Source: Candidatus Kaiserbacteria bacterium
Lineage (GTDB): Bacteria; Patescibacteriota; Minisyncoccia; Phycocordibacterales; Phycocordibacteraceae
Length of the DNA stretch: 64,000 nt
Direction: 5' to 3'
Assembly (NCBI GenBank): GCA_027451665.1
Contig: DAIDIW010000002.1
Span: forward strand, 48,251 to 112,250
Below, piece by piece: positions 48,295 to 57,107 of the stretch (positions are counted from its first letter, which is position 1; each line of letters opens with the position of its first letter). The notes beneath the pieces are model-generated. The model worked only from the letters and a program-made list of their open reading frames with translations. It made no database searches and was not told the DNA's origin. The position numbers and the translations under genes are program-made.

Positions 48295-48347
48295 TGTGCA
48301 AGAAAAGGGGTGCATTCCAATTACCGCTGGAATGTCCTTTGTTTCCC

Positions 48348-49106
48348 TTACGCATTACTCGCGATAGGACTCGAACCGCGTATATTCTCCAGAAATTGCT
48401 CCCAAGATTCCTGCGAGTTAATGCCAAGGATTTCTTGGTATGCTCGCTCGTTCTCTTGCGGAGTAGATTTTCTTTGAAGAGTTTTATAGAGCAGAAGATA
48501 CTTTTCTTTCCCGAAATTATTGAGGAGGTATTCGGAAAAAAGAGCTGCGAGTGCGTAGTATTGGCGAGCGAGGTCGTCATTGGTTGCAATCCAAGCATCG
48601 TGGCTCGTTAGTAAATCAGGAGAGATGACGAAACGTTCATTTGTGAACGCTTCTTTTACAACATCTGCAAAGTCATTGCCGTACCAGTCGTGTCCGACCA
48701 TACGCTCCGCAAGTCCTTCTTGAAGGAAACCGATTGAAAGGCCAAGGGGAAGCGAGAGAAGGTGGGTATCTTCGTGAGGTCCTATCACTCGGTCTTTTTC
48801 GGTATAGAGCGCATGCACGGCAAAATCATTGTAAATAGATTGAGCGAACCATGGAGTGCCCATTAATTTCTCCTTTGTCTCGGCGTCAGGATAAAGATAG
48901 TAGGAGATTTTCTTATCAACAGATGGAAGTTCAAGAAATGCGACTATCTGCCGGTACGCGCGTTCCTGAACCTCAACGATTTTCTCGATTTCCTTCTCGG
49001 CCAAGGAATTTTTAAAGTAATGAAAGCGATAGTGCGCAGAATCTCGTGCCTCCCACGGGGCATCTTTAAATGCAGTGGTATAGCCGGGTAACTGCTGTTC
49101 GTACAT
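48348..49106 (-). CDS. Gluzincin-like metallopeptidase
   Basis: PHEDTH (HExxH) plus downstream FLQEGLAE. Confidence 0.65.
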   Translation of the reverse strand: MYEQQLPGYTTAFKDAPWEARDSAHYRFHYFKNSLAEKEIEKIVEVQERAYRQIVAFLELPSVDKKISYYLYPDAETKEKLMGTPWFAQSIYNDFAVHALYTEKDRVIGPHEDTHLLSLPLGLSIGFLQEGLAERMVGHDWYGNDFADVVKEAFTNERFVISPDLLTSHDAWIATNDDLARQYYALAALFSEYLLNNFGKEKYLLLYKTLQRKSTPQENERAYQEILGINSQESWEQFLENIRGSSPIASNA

Positions 49107-49175
49107 GGACCCACTTTACTACAAGAAGAAAACGGCCGCATGTCTGTGACATACGGCCGCCAAGTGTGAAAGACC

Positions 49176-50480
49176 TCATGAATGCACGATCCGGAGGAGA
49201 CCCCGATTCATACGGTCAAGAAGCGCTTTTTGACAGAATCGTCGCGCACCGCCTTGCTCGGGTCCGTGTTCGACCATCGCCTCGAACGTGCACCCACCAC
49301 CGCAGACCGGTAGATATGTGCAGCGTTCTTTGATGCAGTCATCGGTTCGTTTCCACTGTTCAAACCGCGGATCCTTCGTATACGTCGTCGGTTTTGCGGC
49401 GACGTTCGCGAAGTTGAACTCAGGTCGACCGCTGGTGCAGAAGCATTTTTGCAGGTTGCCATCCGGCTGTAGAACTGCTGCGTGTTTTGCCACGGCTACA
49501 CAGAGCGGACCGGCGATGAACTCATCCGGAACTTCGAACCCCTTAGCTTTCGCATACTCCCACGTGGAGAGCGCTGCGTCTGCCAGTTGTTCTTGCGTCA
49601 TGCGACCGGGCGTTACCGAAAGCGATGGCGTGGTGAGTCCGAGCGAAAGGCGTATGCGAGAATGCCTCCCGAGCGCATCAAGCTCGTCGATGAGACGGGC
49701 CAAGTGGTTCTTAGTTCCGGTGTCGAGTGTCAGCCGGATGTCGACGGCCGGAATGTAGTCAGTCGACAGCAGCATCCGAACGTTCTTCATGATGTTTGCG
49801 AATGTCGGACGGTTCTTCCGCCCGAAACGCCGCGTGTCATGAATCTCCGCCGGTCCATCCAGCGTAATCTGTACTCGTCGCCAGTTATAGCGGGAGAACA
49901 TCTCGGCTGTTTTTTCGTCGAGTAGTTCACCGTTCGTCGTAATTTCGACCCAGAAGTCGAGACCAAGTTCTCGACAGAGCGATTGGTAGGCTTCAAGAGC
50001 TTGGGCGATAACCCCCTTGCAGAGAAGCGGTTCGCCACCGAAGAACTTGAGACGCAGCGAATCGACCTCTGGATGGAGCCGAACGTATTCTCGGAACCAC
50101 GTGAGCGAGTGTTCCAGGATTTCCGGCCTCATTGGACGGCCCCTGTCAGCGCCATTCTCGAAGCAATACGGACACTCGAACTGGCACTGAATGGTTGGTT
50201 CGAAATGAAGCGTAAACACATGCGCTTCATCGTTCCGGGTCGTGAGCATGAGTTTGTGCCACTCGGCGATTTCGTCGATATCGCCTTCGACGAGGAAGCC
50301 GTTCTCGATGAGGTCGTCAAGACCTTTCGGGACCGGATTCTCGTCTTGTCGGGCGAGCCATTGGTCGAGTTCAAGCTTGGCCTCGTGACTCATCAAGATG
50401 GCCGCTTCGGTGAAGGTGTTCTTGGCGAGCACTCCTCGAGGTAGATTTTCAAAGATCGTGAACGCACTGAGTAACCACAT
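49176..50480 (-). CDS. Radical SAM/SPASM peptide maturase-like enzyme
   Basis: CQFECPYC, FFGGEPLL, TTNG, QITLDG; SPASM C..DGNLQKC and C..C..LPVCGGGC..C; N-terminal extension ending LIENGFLV; AAGGAG RBS. Confidence 0.92.
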   Translation of the reverse strand: MWLLSAFTIFENLPRGVLAKNTFTEAAILMSHEAKLELDQWLARQDENPVPKGLDDLIENGFLVEGDIDEIAEWHKLMLTTRNDEAHVFTLHFEPTIQCQFECPYCFENGADRGRPMRPEILEHSLTWFREYVRLHPEVDSLRLKFFGGEPLLCKGVIAQALEAYQSLCRELGLDFWVEITTNGELLDEKTAEMFSRYNWRRVQITLDGPAEIHDTRRFGRKNRPTFANIMKNVRMLLSTDYIPAVDIRLTLDTGTKNHLARLIDELDALGRHSRIRLSLGLTTPSLSVTPGRMTQEQLADAALSTWEYAKAKGFEVPDEFIAGPLCVAVAKHAAVLQPDGNLQKCFCTSGRPEFNFANVAAKPTTYTKDPRFEQWKRTDDCIKERCTYLPVCGGGCTFEAMVEHGPEQGGARRFCQKALLDRMNRGLLRIVHS

Positions 50481-50509
50481 GGAACATTCTCCTTTTCGGT
50501 TTGCATGAA

Positions 50510-50541
50510 TAGTGCCCGGAGCTAAAAAGCCCCGGGCACTA
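50510..50541 (-). terminator. Hairpin between peptide gene and radical SAM gene
   Basis: TAGTGCCCGG/CCGGGCACTA 10-bp arms, no strong U-tract. Confidence 0.6.
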
Positions 50542-50564
50542 AGGTGAAGGAGGTAGGCCTGGCT

Positions 50565-50705
50565 TCAGTAGCCGCAGCCGTCCTTGCCGAACTTGGTGGC
50601 GCCGACGATGCGACGCTTCCCGGGTTTCAGCACCTGCACCGCAGGCTTGGCTTCCGGCTCGATCGCCTTCGTGGCAGTCGAAACGGAGGAGGGGATTGCA
50701 TTCAT
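50565..50705 (-). CDS. Putative RiPP precursor peptide (46 aa)
   Basis: Hand-translated MNAIPSSVSTATKAIEPEAKPAVQVLKPGKRRIVGATKFGKDGCGY*; AGAGAGG RBS; ends 84 nt before the rSAM start. Confidence 0.75.
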   Translation of the reverse strand: MNAIPSSVSTATKAIEPEAKPAVQVLKPGKRRIVGATKFGKDGCGY

Positions 50706-50779
50706 GGCAAAACCTCTCTATTGAGGAGGACCATTCCTCCACGATACAGAGTGCCACAAAAACGTATGCTTTTCAATAG

Positions 50780-50930
50780 AAAAAGTTCGAGTCCTATCCG
50801 CGAGCGGATGGGACTCGAATTTTTTGACTCATTTCTAAGTCACGATATGTTGCATTTCCTCACTATTTTCTGGACGGGAATGGGTCGGATGCACAGGAAT
50901 CATCTGCTCTGGGGATGCGATCCTAACTCT
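50780..50930. repeat. Junction repeat copy A (hairpin plus degenerate tRNA 3' end)
   Basis: Aligns by eye with 52282-52432. Confidence 0.8.
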
Positions 50931-51035
50931 CAAAATATCCTTGCTTTATCTCGCACTCGATGGCGATGGGATTCGAACCTGGATCATAAAAAAGAGCCAC
51001 TGGATTCCCAGCGGCTCTCAAGTCTGTCGACGGTG

Positions 51036-52151
51036 CTATTCGCCCGGAGGCTCGAGCACCATGTCGTTTATCGGTCCAAAGACAGTTTTGCGTTCGCCAT
51101 CTTCGACGCAGCCGACTTCAAGCGCTTCGTAGCCGGCCGTTTTCGCGATGGCCAGAACCCGATCGGCTTCGTTCACTGGAACGAAGACGTAGTAGCCAAC
51201 GCCCCAGTTGAAGGTGGTAATGCAATCCTTGTCCGAGACCCCGAGCTCCCACATGAAGCGGAAGAGCGGCGGCACCTCCGGCCAGGAGTGGATGCGGTAG
51301 GTGTGCGGGCGATGGTCGAAGGCGACCTTCGCGACGCCGCTCCCCGTTCCTGGCAGGAGCGCGTGGATGTCCACCCCGTGATTGAGGAGCGTCTCAACGA
51401 GTCCGACATAACACCGCGTCGGAATAAGCGCCTCATCGCCGAGCGTATTGCCACCCGGCAGTTTAGCGAGGAACTTATCCGGAAGATCCATCGCCCGCTT
51501 GATAACGAGCGATACACCATTGGCGTGCAAGCCGGAGCTCGTAATGCCGATGATGCGATCGCCGGTCGCGAGCTTGCTGCCGTCAATCAGGTTGCTAAGC
51601 GGCGCGATGATGCCTGTGACGCAGCCGCTCAACGATGGCGCACTCTTGACCGGTTCCTGCGCACGAACCAGATATTTGAGCGCAGGAGATTCGCCGGCGA
51701 CGAGTGCCATGCCAGACATCTTGCAGGCCTCGTAAAAGCCCTGCGCGAGGTCTTGAGCACGCTTCACATCTTGGAACCATTCACTGTCTCCGGCGGCGAC
51801 CTCGTCCACATACGCCACGGGCATTGCGCCCTGGGCGATGCAATCGTTCACCGCCATCATTGCGTTGTCGATGCCGATGCCGCGATAGTGCGGGTCGCCG
51901 GTACCGTCGTTCTGCTACATCCACTCGGCGATCCAATTCTTGTTCCCGAGGCCTTCCATGGTATTGCACCAGGCGTGTTTGTAGTTGCCCTCGTAGCGGA
52001 AGATGCCGCCGTGTGAGTGCAGCACGCTGGTGTTGATGAATACCTGTCGTGCTTCGGGGAAGCCGACAGTACGTTTGGCGGTCGCAATCATTGCGTCCTT
52101 GAAGGGCTCGATCTTGGTGTAATCGACTCCAGCCTTCGCATATTCGCTCAT
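51036..52151 (-). pseudogene. purM: AIR synthase with one in-frame TAG
   Basis: YAKAGVD, EGLGNK, AVND, GESP, SSGLHANG, TFNWGVG; the two ORFs are in the same frame, split by TAG at 51915-51917. Confidence 0.85.
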
Positions 52152-52281
52152 TTTTACTCTCGCTTTCGTTGAGTTTTGGTGGTTTGTGCTGGTCTGTCGG
52201 TCATCCTACAGACGTCTCTCGGGAAGGCAAGCAACGACACAATATCGGGCGGGGGAATTTTGTAATCCGGACTCGGGATAT

Positions 52282-52432
52282 AAAAAGTTCGAGTCCCATC
52301 CAAGGGCGGATAGGACTCGAACTTTCTTGACTCTTCACGAATCTAGAATGTGTTGCGATTGCTCGCTTTTTTCCGGACGGGAATGGGTCGGTTGCACAGA
52401 AATCATCTGCTCCGCGGGTAGGATTCGAACCT
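52282..52432. repeat. Junction repeat copy B, running into the tRNA-Asn 3' end
   Basis: AAAAAGTTCGAGTCCCATCC..GGATAGGACTCGAACTTT ... GGACGGGAATGGGTCGG..ATCATCTGCTC. Confidence 0.8.
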
Positions 52433-52481
52433 ACGACCAATCGGTTAACAGCCGACCGCTCTACCACTGAGCTACCGCGGA
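52410..52481 (-). tRNA. tRNA-Asn(GTT), CCA not encoded
   Basis: TCCGCGG/CCGCGGA acceptor stem, AGCTCAGTGGTAGAGC D-arm, CTGTTAA anticodon loop, GGTTCGAATCC T-arm. Confidence 0.97.
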
Positions 52482-52576
52482 ATATCGAATCGAATATGTA
52501 CGCCTCCCAAAGGAGGCCAGGGCATTGTAGCGGAAAAGGGGAAGGAAGTGAAGACACACTGATATACTGGCAGATA

Positions 52577-52849
52577 ATGTACATCCTGTATTATCGACCC
52601 ACGTGCCCGTACTCGAAGAAGGTGCTCGCCGCCGCAAAGGAATATGGCGTCGGTATGGAACTTCGCGACGTGGCTGAATCTTGCCATGCCGATGCACTCA
52701 GGAAACGTGGCGGGAAGCTACAGGTACCGTACCTCATTGATACCGCGCGAGGGAAGGAGATGTATGAATCGGATGACATCGTCGCCTATTTGAAGGGTGA
52801 ACCGCTTCCTCATACGAAGGATGAATCGAAGGTCTGTGCATCGCAATAA
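52577..52849 (+). CDS. Glutaredoxin-like protein
   Basis: CPYS, GGKLQVPYL, MYESDDI. Confidence 0.85.
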   Translation: MYILYYRPTCPYSKKVLAAAKEYGVGMELRDVAESCHADALRKRGGKLQVPYLIDTARGKEMYESDDIVAYLKGEPLPHTKDESKVCASQ

Positions 52850-52890
52850 CGTAAGACCCCACGATGAAGTCGCGGGGTCTTACGTTATTG
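52844..52890. terminator. Hairpin between convergent genes
   Basis: 17-bp arms CAATAACGTAAGACCCC/GGGGTCTTACGTTATTG. Confidence 0.7.
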
Positions 52891-52904
52891 TGCATCGGAT
52901 CAGC

Positions 52905-53456
52905 TTACGCTGCTGAGCCCTTCACGTAGGCGAGTATGGTATCGGCATCCGAGACCTCGAACGGATCGTCCGGACAATTGTCCGTGAGACCGGGCTCGAT
53001 GAAGAGCTTCTTGATCTTGCCGTCCTCAACGAGCATGGAGTAGCGCCAGGAACGATCGCCGAAGCCGAGGTTCTCCTTCGAGACGAGCATGCCCATGCCC
53101 TTGGTAAACGCCGCGTTGCCGTCGGGGAGCATTTTCACCTTTTTGATGCCGAGCTTATCGGCCCACTGCTTCATCACGAATGCATCATTAACAGATAGAC
53201 AATACACTTCGTCGATACCTGCGGCCTTGAAGTTGTCATAGCGCGCTTCATAACCCGGCAGATGGGTGGATGAGCAGGTGGGCGTGAACGCGCCCGGCAG
53301 GCCGAACACTACGATCTTCTTTCCGCCGAAGATCTCATCCGAGCTGACGTCCTGCCAACGGTACGGATTCTCGCCGCCCACGGATTCGTCGCGGACGCGC
53401 GTCTTGAAGACTACGGAAGGGACTCGCGTGCCTTCTTTGAGGGGTTCTTGCGCCAT
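52905..53456 (-). CDS. Peroxiredoxin (Prx5 type)
   Basis: PGAFTPTCSSTHLPGY, SVNDAFVM, RSWRYSM. Confidence 0.93.
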   Translation of the reverse strand: MAQEPLKEGTRVPSVVFKTRVRDESVGGENPYRWQDVSSDEIFGGKKIVVFGLPGAFTPTCSSTHLPGYEARYDNFKAAGIDEVYCLSVNDAFVMKQWADKLGIKKVKMLPDGNAAFTKGMGMLVSKENLGFGDRSWRYSMLVEDGKIKKLFIEPGLTDNCPDDPFEVSDADTILAYVKGSAA

Positions 53457-53524
53457 ACGGTATACTTAATCATGAGTAAAGGATGCTTGTACTATAACGG
53501 TAGCTGCGGTTGACGCAAAATCAT

Positions 53525-53890
53525 ATGAAAATCTCCATCAATGCCACTCAGTTCATTGCGCTTCCGCAGGCATCGCGGGATGCCGTGGAAGAGAAGCTCA
53601 CTCCGATCGCGAGACTCCTCGGGACGGATGAGCCGGTCGCTTTGCTCGAGGTGGAAATTGCAACCGCTCCTCCCGAAGGACGAAGCGCGACGCCGACGCG
53701 GATTACCGCGCGTCTCGCGATAGGCAATGATGTTCTGCGTGCCGAAGCGGTGAAGCCGACCGCTGAAGCAGCAGCCGATCGCGTGCGGAGCACGCTTGAG
53801 CATGAGATTCGGAAGACGCGCGGAAAGGGAAAAAGCGTCTGGAGGCGCGGTGCCGAACGTCTTAAGGACATGTTGCGCGCCGTAGATTAA
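53525..53890 (+). CDS. HPF/RaiA-like ribosome-associated protein
   Basis: MKISINA..., LRAEA...AAAD; position and size typical, sequence divergent. Confidence 0.55.
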   Translation: MKISINATQFIALPQASRDAVEEKLTPIARLLGTDEPVALLEVEIATAPPEGRSATPTRITARLAIGNDVLRAEAVKPTAEAAADRVRSTLEHEIRKTRGKGKSVWRRGAERLKDMLRAVD

Positions 53891-53914
53891 ATTAATAAGA
53901 GCCCCCATGGGCTC

Positions 53915-54757
53915 TTATGCTTTTAGGTCGACATACGCGATCTCGCGCCTGCCTTCGGGGATGACGCGATCGATCACGAAGCGGTCACCGTCCAGGTGCG
54001 CGGCAGTAATCTTCACGCGCGTACCATCTGCCGTAAAGAAATGCGTTCCGATGGTATCGAGATAGCCACGGTACTTGTTCCAATTTGCGATACCTGACGC
54101 ACCGAGGTCAATCTGCCCGTCTTCTTTCTTGAATTTCCCCGAATGGGTGGCGAGCGCCGGGTCCTGCGGGATGGGCGTAAGCTCGCCGCGCTCGAAGCGC
54201 GGCAGAGCCTCGACGAGTAATTTCGAGCCGAGCGAAATGAGCCGCGGCCGCAGCTCGAGAACGGTCTCATTGGGCGCGATGGGAAGCTTCTCCTGCACGA
54301 GAATATCGCCTGCGTCGAGTTCTTTCGTCATTTTCTGGACGGTAATGCCGGTCTCGATATCGCCGTGTAAAAGAGCAGCTTCGGTCGGAGTGGCGCCTCG
54401 ATATCTCGGAAGGAGCGAATAGTGGACGTTCAATACGCCCTTTGGGAACGCCTGTATGAGCGCCTCGGGAAAGATCTTCCCGTAGGCGACGACTACCGCG
54501 TACTCCGCACCAAAGGCGCGGATTGCTTCTTGCGTCGCGTCATCAAGCTTTACCGGGGTGCGCACTTCGATGTTGCGCGCGAGCGCGAGTTCCTTTACCG
54601 GAGAAGGCGCGAGCGCAAGTCCGCGCCCCTTGGGAGCATCGGGGTTCGTGATGACCGCGTGCGGCACGAAGCCGGCATCGAGGAGCGCGCGCAAGGTCTC
54701 CGCGGCTACGTGCGGCGTTCCGAAGAAGAGGAACGGTACGCGGGAATCATTCGGCAT
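53915..54757 (-). CDS. fmt: Methionyl-tRNA formyltransferase
   Basis: FFGTP, VVAYG, NVHYSLLPRYRGATP, LDAGDI. Confidence 0.95.
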   Translation of the reverse strand: MPNDSRVPFLFFGTPHVAAETLRALLDAGFVPHAVITNPDAPKGRGLALAPSPVKELALARNIEVRTPVKLDDATQEAIRAFGAEYAVVVAYGKIFPEALIQAFPKGVLNVHYSLLPRYRGATPTEAALLHGDIETGITVQKMTKELDAGDILVQEKLPIAPNETVLELRPRLISLGSKLLVEALPRFERGELTPIPQDPALATHSGKFKKEDGQIDLGASGIANWNKYRGYLDTIGTHFFTADGTRVKITAAHLDGDRFVIDRVIPEGRREIAYVDLKA

Positions 54758-55286
54758 GGTCACGAGTGTCTTGTAGATGCGACGGCTGCACATGCACGAG
54801 ATCGGTCGCATGATCGATGAAAAGCGCACCGTTCAGGTGGTCGATCTCGTGCTCGAAAATCTGCGCGAGCAAGCCGCCGCCGCCGCGTGTGAAGGAGGAA
54901 CCGTCTTCGCGACGCGCCCTCACCATGACGCGCTCATGCCGGTCGGTCGTACCGTAGACGCCGCGCACGGACAAGCATCCCTCGTCTGCTTGCTGTCGCC
55001 GCCGCGACGTCTTTATAATTTCCGGGTTGATGTAGACGTCATTCTGCGGCGCGTGAGGCGGCGCATTCACCGGCGGCGGAAGCGTCCGATCGGTACGCAC
55101 GATAAAGATGCGGTAGGAAATGCCGATCTGAGGCGCAGCGATGGCGACGCCATCCGGCTCCGCGTCGAGGGCCTCGGCCATGTCCGCAATGATACGCGAC
55201 AGATCCTCGGTGCCGAACAGGCCTTCCGGGATCGGTTTTGCGCTCTGTCGCAAGACGGGCGCGTCCTGCTGCACGATCGGCTTCAT
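54747..55286 (-). CDS. def: Peptide deformylase
   Basis: GVAIAAPQIG, EGCLSV, HEIDHLNG. Confidence 0.96.
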   Translation of the reverse strand: MKPIVQQDAPVLRQSAKPIPEGLFGTEDLSRIIADMAEALDAEPDGVAIAAPQIGISYRIFIVRTDRTLPPPVNAPPHAPQNDVYINPEIIKTSRRRQQADEGCLSVRGVYGTTDRHERVMVRARREDGSSFTRGGGGLLAQIFEHEIDHLNGALFIDHATDLVHVQPSHLQDTRDHAE

Positions 55287-55352
55287 GTCGAAACAGTAGC
55301 AGATTCGGTGAGTAATTGCCGCTCCGCATCAGCGGCGTGCGCGCATCGCAGG

Positions 55353-55652
55353 TCAGAACGGATTCTCCTGGAGGTGCTTTTTCGGATCAATCTCCCACCA
55401 GAAACGCTTCGAGAAATTCTTCGCCTTCGAGCAGACGCTCTGGAGATAATACAGGTCTTCGGTGGGAATGGATTCGAGGATGAATCCCATGCGCGCCATA
55501 CTTATCTCGGGCAGCCCGTCGAGCTTCCGTGCGTGGTTCAAGTGCCGGCAAAAAAAGCGCATGAGCTCGCCGCGTTCGGTCTTTTTGCCGCGGCCCTTCG
55601 CGACCGCGAACTTCTTCCGATACTCGCCTGAGAGATCACCGAGCGGCTGCAT
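55353..55652 (-). CDS. Hypothetical basic protein
   Basis: 99-aa ORF with TATCAT -10-like hexamer upstream. Confidence 0.6.
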   Translation of the reverse strand: MQPLGDLSGEYRKKFAVAKGRGKKTERGELMRFFCRHLNHARKLDGLPEISMARMGFILESIPTEDLYYLQSVCSKAKNFSKRFWWEIDPKKHLQENPF

Positions 55653-55709
55653 GTCTCTATGATACCGGAATGCGGAGGGCGGGAAAATTGAAAGCGGGCC
55701 GTGCGCGCG

Positions 55710-57020
55710 TCACTCCCCGGAGGCGTCGATGGACGCGCCCAAGGATTTCAGACGTGCGACGATGTCTTCATATCCGCGGTTGATGGAGTAGACGCTCCGC
55801 AGTACTGAACGACCCTGCGCTGCAAGCATGCCGACCAGAATGATAGTCGCCGGCCGGAGCGCGGGTGGGCAGATGACCTCCGCCGCTTTTAGGCGCGTCG
55901 GACCTTCGATACTGATGCGGTGCGGGTCGTACAGATGGGTAGTGGCACCGAGGCGGTCAAGTTCGGTGTAGTAGATGGCGCGTTTTTCGAATACCCAGTC
56001 GTGGATGACGGTCGTTCCGTCCGCCTGCGTGGCGATCACGGCGAAGAAGGGGAGATTATCAATGTTCAGTCCCGGGTAAGGTCGGGGATGGATCTTCTCC
56101 GGGAAGGCGGTGAGCTCTGACGGCTCGAGGTGGAGGTCGACGAGGCGGGTAATGCCGTTTTCACTCGTCCGCTCGTTTGTTGCGGCATAGCGCAGCCCCA
56201 TCTTCTCGAGGATGAAGAGCTCGATCTCAAGGAAGTCGAGTGGCGCGCCCACGATGGTGATTGCTGACTTCGTGACGATCGCGGACGCGATGAAGAACAT
56301 CGCATCGGTCGGATCTTGCGCTACAGAATAGGACACATTCATCTCGATATGCTCCTTGCCGCGCACACGCAGGGTTGACGTGCCGATGCCTTCGACCGAG
56401 ACGCCGAGCTGCTTCAGAAACCCGCAGACCTCCTGCACCTGATAGTTCGGCGACGCATACTTGATGACCGTCTCGCCCGGGATGCCCGCCGCCGCGAAGA
56501 GTGCATTCTCCGTGGCCGTATCGCTTGATTCGTGCAAGATGATCTCTGCCGCACGCAATCCGTCATGCGCAACGACGTAACGGTCAGAGCGCGCCTCGAT
56601 AGAGACGCCGAGCTTCTCGAGTGCGTAAAGATGCGGCCGCACCGTTCGCGTGCCGAACGAGCAGCCGCCGGATTGGGGAATATCGAATTCCTTGAACCAG
56701 TGGAGGAGTGGGCCGATAAACATAAGGATGCTCCGCGTTCTCGTCGCGGCCTCTTTGTCCATAGCCTCGAGATTGAGCGAGGCGGGCGGCGTGATGACGA
56801 CATCATGGTCCGTGCGCGCGACTGAGACGCCGATTGATCGGAGCACTTCAATGAGACGATTCACCTCTTCGATCTTCGGTACGTTTCGGAGCGTCGTGAT
56901 GCCGCGGTTAAGGAGCGAAGCGGCCAGGAGCGCGACGGCTCCGTTCTTTGAGCGACTCGTCTCGACCGCGCCAGAGAGAGAGTTACCGCCGTCAATTACG
57001 AAATTCAATCCTTCCTGCAT
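55710..57020 (-). CDS. murA: UDP-N-acetylglucosamine 1-carboxyvinyltransferase
   Basis: SKNGA, GGCSFGTR, ATEN, PYPGL, RGYE. Confidence 0.93.
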   Translation of the reverse strand: MQEGLNFVIDGGNSLSGAVETSRSKNGAVALLAASLLNRGITTLRNVPKIEEVNRLIEVLRSIGVSVARTDHDVVITPPASLNLEAMDKEAATRTRSILMFIGPLLHWFKEFDIPQSGGCSFGTRTVRPHLYALEKLGVSIEARSDRYVVAHDGLRAAEIILHESSDTATENALFAAAGIPGETVIKYASPNYQVQEVCGFLKQLGVSVEGIGTSTLRVRGKEHIEMNVSYSVAQDPTDAMFFIASAIVTKSAITIVGAPLDFLEIELFILEKMGLRYAATNERTSENGITRLVDLHLEPSELTAFPEKIHPRPYPGLNIDNLPFFAVIATQADGTTVIHDWVFEKRAIYYTELDRLGATTHLYDPHRISIEGPTRLKAAEVICPPALRPATIILVGMLAAQGRSVLRSVYSINRGYEDIVARLKSLGASIDASGE

Positions 57021-57107
57021 GCCCGTCCATACTACCACTCGCGGCCCGCAGCCTTCGGGATAACGCCGTTTTGCGCCGCGAGCGGGAAACGCGGTAGAAT
57101 GCGGCTA

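Larger units (their letters stand above)
47160..48319 (+). mobile_element. IS3-family insertion sequence (1160 bp)
   Basis: TG...CA ends; imperfect IRs TGACCCGTACCCCAAATTTTGCACAC and GTGTGCAAGAAAAGGGGTGCATTCCA; no target duplication seen. Confidence 0.9.

Noticed and set aside
50539-50757. 72-aa minus-strand ORF as the RiPP precursor
   Set aside because: No RBS at its start; the overlapping 46-aa frame has an RBS, GC-ending codons and a core-like C-terminus
51915-51917. Stop-codon reassignment or pyrrolysine
   Set aside because: TAG terminates several normal genes here (e.g. frr, DsbA-like), TGA is also used as stop, and no pyl genes are seen
50544-52016. 490-aa plus-strand ORF
   Set aside because: Antisense shadow across purM, the junction repeat and the peptide gene; no recognisable motifs
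43400-52400. DGR template repeat, reverse transcriptase or integrase within the island
   Set aside because: No AAC-rich copy of the variable region, no RT motif and no recombinase ORF found by eye
52186-52584. ORFs overlapping the tRNA
   Set aside because: Translations of tRNA-Asn and the junction repeat
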